Shown here one piece after another: positions 58,152-64,000 of a stretch of 64,000 bases of DNA (position 1 is its first letter; each line of letters begins with the position of its first letter). This DNA comes from Bacillota bacterium (GTDB lineage: Bacteria; Bacillota; Sulfobacillia; JAJZYS01; JAJYTV01): contig JAJYTE010000005.1 in assembly GCA_021793215.1 (NCBI GenBank), positions 25,593 through 89,592 of the forward strand, in the 5' to 3' direction. The position numbers were made by a program, and so were the translations under genes. The notes beneath the pieces were generated by a model. It saw nothing but the letters and a program-made list of their open reading frames with translations, searched no databases and was not told where the DNA came from.

Positions 58152-59000
58152 TCAGTTCACCCCTTGGGGATTCGAATGGATGAAGGTCCAAGGATTCGTC
58201 GGGAGTCCCCTGTAGTGGATCCCGAAATGCACATGCGGTCCGGTTGAGTTGCCCGTGTCGCCCGAGAGCGCGATGACCTGCCCCCGTTTGACACTCTCCC
58301 CCTTGTGGACGAGAATCTTCGAATTATGACCGAAGAAGCTCTCGATACCGTACCCGTTGTCGATCTGAACGTACAGACCGTACCCGTTGTACCAGCCCGC
58401 GTAGGACACCACGCCGGAGCCCGGCGAATGCACCGGCGAGCCAACCGGGACCGCGATGTCGATCCCGTCGTGGAACTCTGCACCGTTCCCGCCGAGCGGG
58501 TTCGTGCGCCAGCCGAAGCCGGATACGACCTTCCCGTTCACGGGCAGCATGTCTGGTTTGTGCGCCAGGAACTGGCTGCGCACCTCGGAGGCAGATAGAA
58601 CCGCCGGAAGCTGCTTTTGTATTTGGTGCAGGCGAGTGAAGAGGTTGTCGAGTCCCTTGCCGCCAGTACTCAGGGTCAGGCCGAGGATGCCGGCGACGTG
58701 GTTCATGTCCGACGTCATCGCCTGCACTTCCGACAGGGCCTGGCGGTTCTGCTGCTGGTCGGCGGCGACCTGCTTCCGGAGCGTACGGTTCTGCGCCTGC
58801 ACGTTCGCAGCAACGGCAAGCTCCCGGCGCAGATGGTTCACGGCGGTTACGTCCTGGTATGCGGCGATCAGCACGAAGACAAAACTTGCCACGAGAAGAG
58901 ACGCAACCACGCCCGCGACGCTGAGCCAAGCGCGGTGTCTTTGCTGAAATCGCCACTCTCTGGCCTCTCCGCCACGCTCCGGGAAGACCAAGACGCGCAA
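58152..59000 (-). CDS. M23 family metallopeptidase (LytM-like) with N-terminal TM and coiled coil
   Basis: HDGIDIAVPVGSPV…GYGLYVQIDNGYG…GDTGNSTGPHVHFGIH catalytic motifs. Confidence 0.85.
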   Translation of the reverse strand: MRVLVFPERGGEAREWRFQQRHRAWLSVAGVVASLLVASFVFVLIAAYQDVTAVNHLRRELAVAANVQAQNRTLRKQVAADQQQNRQALSEVQAMTSDMNHVAGILGLTLSTGGKGLDNLFTRLHQIQKQLPAVLSASEVRSQFLAHKPDMLPVNGKVVSGFGWRTNPLGGNGAEFHDGIDIAVPVGSPVHSPGSGVVSYAGWYNGYGLYVQIDNGYGIESFFGHNSKILVHKGESVKRGQVIALSGDTGNSTGPHVHFGIHYRGLPTNPWTFIHSNPQGVN

Positions 59001-59119
59001 GTCTTCCCGAGGTATGGTGCTTTCGCCTCCTTAAGAGGGACATTCCGCCGTCGGTTCCACCATACTGCTATTCTCTCCACGAACAAACAACCCTCTTGCG
59101 CAGTATGAGTTTCTCGTTG

Positions 59120-59152
59120 GAGCAAAAAGGAGATCGCACCGATCGGTGCGAC
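59120..59152 (-). terminator. rho-independent terminator after EnvC-like M23 gene
   Basis: Minus strand: GGTCGCACCGATCGGTGCGATC hairpin then TCTCCTTTTTGCTCC. Confidence 0.55.
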
Positions 59153-59180
59153 CTCTGCTTTCAGAGATCAGAGATGCGCG

Positions 59181-60329
59181 CTACGGCTTCGGGGGCATGT
59201 AGGGCATCGGGTTCACCGGCTTTCCGTCGATTCGCACCTCGAAGTGCAGGTGAGGTCCTGTGGCCCAGCCCGTCATCCCGACGTAGCCGATGACCTGACC
59301 CTGCTGCACCTCTTCCCCCACCTGGGATCCGAAGCGCGACTGGTGGGCGTAGAGGTTCGAGATTCCCTGGCCGTCGTCGACGATGATCGTGTAGCCGTAG
59401 CCGTTCAGCCACTGGGCGACGATCACCTTTCCCGACGCGGCGGCGTGGATCGGCGTGCCCTCCGGAACGCCGATGTCGATCCCGGTGTGGATCCACCACT
59501 GGTGCATCACCGGGTCGAGGCGCCAGCCGAACGGAGAGGTGATCGGACCAACGACCGGCCAGATGAACTTGACGCCGCGCACCCCGGCGCCGCTGCCGTG
59601 GCTCTCGAGGCTCTGGATGATCTGCTCGATCTCCTGGGAGTTGCCCTCGTCGGAGTGCACGGCGCTGCTCTGCTTGGCGTAGGAGGCGTCGAGCGCCGCG
59701 ATCGCCTGTTGCTGGTACTTGAGCTGCGAGGAGAGAGCCGCCTGCTCCTGGCGGCGGACCGACGCGACGTGGACGTACTGCGAGCGCTCGGCGGCCAGGG
59801 TGCTCTTTTCGTTCTTGAGCTGCTTCTCCGCCGTCTGGACGGTGCGGATGACCTGCACGTCGGCCGCGACGATCTGGCTCAGAAGGCCCAGCCGCACGGT
59901 GAAGTCGGTGAAGGACTGGGCTCCGAGCAGCACGTTGAGGTAGCCCCCGGCGCCCTCCTGCTCGATCGCGACGAGGGCGCCGCCGACGACCTTCTGGTCA
60001 TGGACGACCTTGAGCTGCGTCGTGGCGATCTCCTTCTGCTTGAAGCCGATCCGCCGGCCGAGCGTCGCCTCCCAGTTGAGCGCCTGGTCGAGCTGCGCCG
60101 TGGTCTTGTCGAGGCTCTGATGCACGGCGGCCACCGTAGAGCGCTCGCTCGCGAGCGACTGCTGCGTCTGCTGCAGCATCTGCTTGTCCCGCTGCAACTG
60201 CTCCTGGATCTGCTTTAGCTGCTGCTGCGCCTGCTGCAGCGTTTCCGCATGCGCCGTCGGCGCGACGAACGCGGCGCAGACGGTGAGAGAGACCCCCAGT
60301 GCGACCATTCGCTTGGCGCGTCCCATCAT
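59181..60329 (-). CDS. FtsEX-associated M23 peptidase with long N-terminal coiled coil (EnvC/PcsB-like)
   Basis: Signal peptide, ~250-aa Q-rich coiled coil, C-terminal M23 motifs (HTGIDIGVPEGTPI…GMTGWATGPHLHFEV). Start overlaps the ftsX stop. Confidence 0.8.
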   Translation of the reverse strand: MMGRAKRMVALGVSLTVCAAFVAPTAHAETLQQAQQQLKQIQEQLQRDKQMLQQTQQSLASERSTVAAVHQSLDKTTAQLDQALNWEATLGRRIGFKQKEIATTQLKVVHDQKVVGGALVAIEQEGAGGYLNVLLGAQSFTDFTVRLGLLSQIVAADVQVIRTVQTAEKQLKNEKSTLAAERSQYVHVASVRRQEQAALSSQLKYQQQAIAALDASYAKQSSAVHSDEGNSQEIEQIIQSLESHGSGAGVRGVKFIWPVVGPITSPFGWRLDPVMHQWWIHTGIDIGVPEGTPIHAAASGKVIVAQWLNGYGYTIIVDDGQGISNLYAHQSRFGSQVGEEVQQGQVIGYVGMTGWATGPHLHFEVRIDGKPVNPMPYMPPKP

Positions 60330-61213
60330 ACCCGAGCGAGCCTCCGGACCGACAGTCTGAAGCCGACGGCCCCGAGCAGCACCCCGAGCACCACGATCAG
60401 CACGGCGACATCGCGCGCGGTCGGGATCGGAGTGACCAGTGGAACGAACGGCAGGGAGTGCGCCGCACCGGTGTAGAGCGCAGCGTAGCCCCACCACGCG
60501 ATGACGGCGGCCAGCACGGACCCGATCAGCCCGAGGATCAGACCTTCGAGGATGAACGGCCAGTGCACGAGGGACTCGGTCGCCCCGACGAGGCGCATGA
60601 TCGCGATCTCCCTGCGGCGCGACACGATGCCGAGCCGGATGGCGTTGTTGATCACGAGGAGCGCCCCGAGCAGCAGGAGGATGCCGATGCCGAGCCCGAC
60701 GATGCGGATCGCGTTGATCAGGCTGAAGAGCCGGGTGACGACCTGGCTCTGGTAGGAGACCTTGACGACGCCAGTGAGGTTCCCGAGCGACTTCGCAAGC
60801 GGCGCGACGTCCGCCGGGCTCTTGGCGGTCACGGACAGGGAGTCCTCAAGCGGGTTCGCAGTGCCGAGGCTGTTCAACACGCTCGCCTGGTCGCCGAACT
60901 CGGACTTCAGCTGTCGCAGCGCCTCTTGACGCGTGATGATCTTGGCGGAACGAACCTTTGGCCACTTGCGCACCTCGGCGAGCGCCGACTGCTCCTGGGC
61001 GGTCTTGGTGGACTGTTTGAAGAATGCGCGCACGGCGACCTGGTTCTCGATGTTGCTGGTGATCTGGTTGACGTTCGCGGTGAGCAACAGGAACATTCCC
61101 AGCACCAGCAGCGACACGGCCGTCGTGGTGATCGAGGCGATGGCGAGCACAGGGTTGCGCAGAAGGTTCTGGTTCGCTTCGCTCAGGCAGAACGACCAGG
61201 TCCGCAGCCTCAC
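60326..61213 (-). CDS. ftsX: cell division ABC transporter permease FtsX
   Basis: N-terminal TM, large extracytoplasmic domain, 3 C-terminal TMs. Overlaps ftsE. Confidence 0.9.
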   Translation of the reverse strand: MRLRTWSFCLSEANQNLLRNPVLAIASITTTAVSLLVLGMFLLLTANVNQITSNIENQVAVRAFFKQSTKTAQEQSALAEVRKWPKVRSAKIITRQEALRQLKSEFGDQASVLNSLGTANPLEDSLSVTAKSPADVAPLAKSLGNLTGVVKVSYQSQVVTRLFSLINAIRIVGLGIGILLLLGALLVINNAIRLGIVSRRREIAIMRLVGATESLVHWPFILEGLILGLIGSVLAAVIAWWGYAALYTGAAHSLPFVPLVTPIPTARDVAVLIVVLGVLLGAVGFRLSVRRLARV

Positions 61214-61914
61214 TCCACCACCCCCTCGGAGTAGGACGCTGCCAACTCGTCTCGCCGGATCTGCCCGTCCACCATCGCCACGACGCGCTGACGCGCCCGG
61301 TCGACGAGGTGGGCGGCGTGGGTCGCCATCACAACGGTCGTCCCGAGCCGGTTGATCTCGAGGAGGGTCTTCATCATCTCGGCCGCGTTCACGGGGTCTA
61401 GGTTGCCAGTGGGCTCGTCCGCCAGAAGGACAAGCGGACGGCCGACCATCGCGCGCGCGAGCGCTACCCGCTGCTGCTCTCCGCCAGAGAGTTGCCCCGG
61501 CAGGGCACCGGCGCGGTCGGGCAGGCCGACGAGATCGAGCACTTGCGCCACGCGCCGCTTGATCTCCTTGGGGTGCACCTCGACAACGCGCAGCGCGAAG
61601 GCGATGTTCTCGGTCACGGTGCGCTGCGGCAGGAGGCGGAAATCCTGGAACACGACGCCGATCTGCCGCCTTAGGAACGGAATCTGCCTGCGGCGCATGC
61701 GCCCGACGTCATGGCCGTTGACAGATACCACGCCGGTGGTGGGCACGTCCTCCCGGAAGAGAAGGCGCAGAAGCGTCGACTTCCCAGCGCCGCTCGGTCC
61801 CACGAGGAACGCGAACTCGCCCTTGGAGATCTCGAGGTCCACGTCGCGTAGCGCCACGACCCCGTTCGGGAACGCCTTGCCGACATTGCGCAGGCTGATC
61901 AATTGAACGCACAC
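61210..61914 (-). CDS. ftsE: cell division ATP-binding protein FtsE
   Basis: Walker A GPSGAGKST, signature LSGGEQQRVALARA, Walker B LLLADEPTGNLD. Confidence 0.9.
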   Translation of the reverse strand: MCVQLISLRNVGKAFPNGVVALRDVDLEISKGEFAFLVGPSGAGKSTLLRLLFREDVPTTGVVSVNGHDVGRMRRRQIPFLRRQIGVVFQDFRLLPQRTVTENIAFALRVVEVHPKEIKRRVAQVLDLVGLPDRAGALPGQLSGGEQQRVALARAMVGRPLVLLADEPTGNLDPVNAAEMMKTLLEINRLGTTVVMATHAAHLVDRARQRVVAMVDGQIRRDELAASYSEGVVE

Positions 61915-62010
61915 CTACCAACAACAGGTTGTCACCTCCTCCTTCGACTGTCGAAGGACGACTCCTGCCGTCGAACTTCGTTCCACATATTGGCTCGAGG
62001 CCAGGGTCCG

Positions 62011-62874
62011 TCAAGGGCGCCGCCGGAACCCTGCGCGCCGGCGACCTTCCAACTCCTTGAATCCCTCGCCCAGTACCTCGTGCACGGTGCTGATGATCAG
62101 GAAGGCGTCGCGGTCCAGGTGGTAGACGATGTCCTTGAGGTCCTGCACCTCGCTGCGCGAGATGACGATGAGCGCCACCGGGCGCTCGGTCTGCGTGTAC
62201 GCGCCATGACCCGAGAGCATCGTCACCCCGCGGCCCATGCGCCGGATGACCTCCTGGGCGATCTCCTCGCCGCGTTCGCTGATCACGAGCGCCTCGCGGC
62301 GGAAGTCGAGCCCCTCCTGGATGAGATCGACGACACGCGTCCCGACGAACAGCGCGACCGCGGAGTACATCCCGAGGCGCAGGCCGAAGAGGAGCGCGGT
62401 CGCAGCGATCACGACGGTATCGGTACCGAGGAGACCCGCCCCCATCGAGGTGTTGGTGAAGTGGCGGAGCACCCGCGCGACGAGGTCCGTGCCGCCCGTC
62501 GATCCCCCAACGCGGAAGACGACGCCTAGGCCCGTCCCCGACAGCACCCCGCCGTAGAGCGCGGCGAGCAGCAGGTCCTTCGTCACCGCATGCTGCGGCA
62601 ACACGGCGAGCCACACCGACAGCAGCGTGACCCCCATCAAGGTGCGCACGACGAACGGCATGCCGATCAGGTAGCTGACGGCCGCGATCAGTGGCACGTT
62701 CAGGACGAAGACGAGCGGGCCGATCGGCAGGTGGGCGAGGTAGTGCAAAACGACGGCGAGGCCCGTGAGCCCCCCGTCGTTCATGCGGTTCGGAACCAGG
62801 AAGAATGAGAGCCCGCACGCAGTGATGAACGTGCCGACGGCGGTTCCGAGGAAGTCCCGCGCGTAGCGTTTCAC
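62011..62874 (-). CDS. YitT/DUF2179 (UPF0750) family membrane protein (B. subtilis YvjA-like)
   Basis: 5 TM plus a C-terminal DUF2179 domain (…ALIVISRSEVQDLKDIVYHLDRDAFLIISTVHEV…). Confidence 0.8.
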   Translation of the reverse strand: MKRYARDFLGTAVGTFITACGLSFFLVPNRMNDGGLTGLAVVLHYLAHLPIGPLVFVLNVPLIAAVSYLIGMPFVVRTLMGVTLLSVWLAVLPQHAVTKDLLLAALYGGVLSGTGLGVVFRVGGSTGGTDLVARVLRHFTNTSMGAGLLGTDTVVIAATALLFGLRLGMYSAVALFVGTRVVDLIQEGLDFRREALVISERGEEIAQEVIRRMGRGVTMLSGHGAYTQTERPVALIVISRSEVQDLKDIVYHLDRDAFLIISTVHEVLGEGFKELEGRRRAGFRRRP

Positions 62875-62890
62875 CGCGGCGCCCCTCCCC

Positions 62891-63502
62891 TCAGGAGGCC
62901 GGCTCTAGCGTGTACTGCCCCATGACGATCACCAGGAGCCTGCTCAGTCCGACCGGCGCGATCGCGCGCCCATCGGTGCGCGCGGCGAGCAGCAGGTGGT
63001 TCGGCGGCACCTTGGCGCCCTGCGCAAGGTCCACGCCGCCCGTGAGGTCGGAGAATCCACCGGCGGACGTCGCCGCCAGCGAGACGGTGGCGCTGCCGCC
63101 ACGAAGGATGAACTCGGTGCCCTGCTGCGCCACAAGCTTCTCGCCGGGCAGCACGGTCACGACCGCGACCTGCGCCCCGCCGCCCTGCGGCTGGTGCGCG
63201 AGGGCGGATTGCACGGTACTCTGCACCAGCGGCGTCACGACGCCTGGCAGGGCGCTCTGCAGCCCTTGCGTCACGAGCGGCGGCACCTGCTGCGTCAGTG
63301 CCGGACCGAGGGCCTGCGTGACGAGACTGGGCACCTGCTGCGTGAGAGCGGTCTGTATCGCCTGCGCAACGTAGCTCACGCTGGCCAGGGGGTCCTGGGA
63401 GGATCCGGGCGCGGCGCTGCCCTGCGCGTCCGCACGACCGGCGAAGAAGGCGCCACCCACGATGGCGATGCCGACGAGGGGCCACACATAGCTGCGCCGC
63501 AT
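62891..63502 (-). CDS. secreted protein with short TQQVP(S/P)LVTQ(A/G)L repeats (hypothetical)
   Basis: Signal peptide MRRSYVWPLVGIAIVGGAFFAGRADA, then imperfect Gln/Val/Thr-rich repeats. Confidence 0.45.
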   Translation of the reverse strand: MRRSYVWPLVGIAIVGGAFFAGRADAQGSAAPGSSQDPLASVSYVAQAIQTALTQQVPSLVTQALGPALTQQVPPLVTQGLQSALPGVVTPLVQSTVQSALAHQPQGGGAQVAVVTVLPGEKLVAQQGTEFILRGGSATVSLAATSAGGFSDLTGGVDLAQGAKVPPNHLLLAARTDGRAIAPVGLSRLLVIVMGQYTLEPAS

Positions 63503-63555
63503 GGTTCAACACCTCTCCCGCGCGATTCGACGAGCTTCCCGGAACTCCTCGCGTC

Positions 63556-64000
63556 TTAGGAGGCTCCACTCGCCTGCTTGCGCAGGAAGGACTCGATGAA
63601 AGGGTCCAGTTCTCCGTCCATCACGGCCTGGACGTTCCCGATCTCGGTGCCCGTGCGGTGGTCCTTGACGAGCGTGTAGGGCTGGAACACGTAGGAGCGG
63701 ATCTGGTTGCCCCAGGCGATCGCCCCCTGGTCGCCGCGCAGTTCGGCGACTTCCTGGCGCTCCTCCTCCTCCTTGCGCTCGAGCAACTTGGCGCGCAGCA
63801 TGCGCATGGCGGTCTCACGGTTGGAATGCTGCGAGCGCTCGTTCTGGCACGCGACGACGATGCCCGTGGGGAGGTGGGTGATGCGCACGGCGGACTCCGT
63901 CTTGTTCACGTGCTGGCCACCCGCACCGCCGGAGCGGAACGTGTCGATCTTGAGGTCCTCAGGATCGATCGCCACCACGGCCTCGTCCTCCAGCACGGGC
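63556..64000 (-). CDS. prfB: peptide chain release factor 2, C-terminal portion (gene continues beyond window end)
   Basis: GGQ motif (…[27 protein letters not shown]…). The RF2-type C-terminus …[30 protein letters not shown] matches the E. coli RF2 consensus recalled from memory. Confidence 0.85.
   Translation of the reverse strand, partial: PVLEDEAVVAIDPEDLKIDTFRSGGAGGQHVNKTESAVRITHLPTGIVVACQNERSQHSNRETAMRMLRAKLLERKEEEERQEVAELRGDQGAIAWGNQIRSYVFQPYTLVKDHRTGTEIGNVQAVMDGELDPFIESFLRKQASGAS

Noticed and set aside
63556-63996. Treating the prfB ORF as complete with a start at 63996
   Set aside because: The listed Met is internal. RF2 domains upstream of the GGQ region must lie beyond position 64000, so the gene is truncated by the window edge.

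Overview
This ~70% GC window is densely coding and looks chromosomal. It carries housekeeping operons in an order that matches Bacillus subtilis closely: cdaA-cdaR-glmM-glmS, rapZ(yvcJ)-yvcK-whiA, uvrB, uvrA-uvrC, and prfB-(secreted protein)-yvjA-ftsE-ftsX followed by M23 peptidases. Several spore-type genes are also present: a signal-less 4xLysM protein, a YaaH-like GH18 hydrolase, whiA and a CotJC-like ferritin-fold gene. Together these suggest a high-GC Firmicutes-like genome such as the Symbiobacterium / Thermaerobacter / Limnochordia group. This placement is an inference from synteny, not a search result. I found no rRNA, tRNA, CRISPR array or obvious transposase.

Gene content with family-level calls:
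- ApbE FMN transferase operon
- MIO-type (HAL/PAL) ammonia-lyase
- molybdopterin oxidoreductase
- NERD-domain protein
- MFS transporter
- tldD-pmbA pair
- HelD helicase
- Rex repressor
- polyprenyl synthase
- family-5 solute-binding protein
- class-C beta-lactamase-like hydrolase
- Cof-type HAD hydrolase
- ABC-2 exporter with TetR regulator
- class I/II aminotransferase
- FTR1 iron permease
- form-II CoxMSL-like molybdoenzyme
- cytochrome b cluster lacking Rieske and cytochrome c partners
- bactofilin next to two M23 peptidases and ftsEX

Most notable observations:
1. A four-gene operon: ferric-reductase-like heme membrane protein, then two small low-complexity proteins that both end in VQ(T/A)TTGASG, then ApbE. 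The shared ending matches the [S/T]GA[S/T] FMN-transfer sequon. I propose an extracytosolic flavinylated-peptide electron-transfer module.
2. A ~79-nt frameshifted fragment of a paralogous molybdopterin oxidoreductase gene lies 2.5 kb from the intact gene, bracketing the NERD and GH18 genes.
3. An ABC exporter with one permease and two asymmetric nucleotide-binding proteins (one degenerate ATP site).
4. A frameshifted ferritin-like gene, and an anti-sigma/HATPase remnant inside a 660-bp lower-GC non-coding gap.
5. A candidate LexA-type operator (GAAC-N9-GTTC) overlapping the uvrB promoter.
6. Near-identical 171-bp tandem DNA repeats encoding the LysM domains.

High GC produces many long spurious antisense and alternate-frame ORFs; these were rejected.
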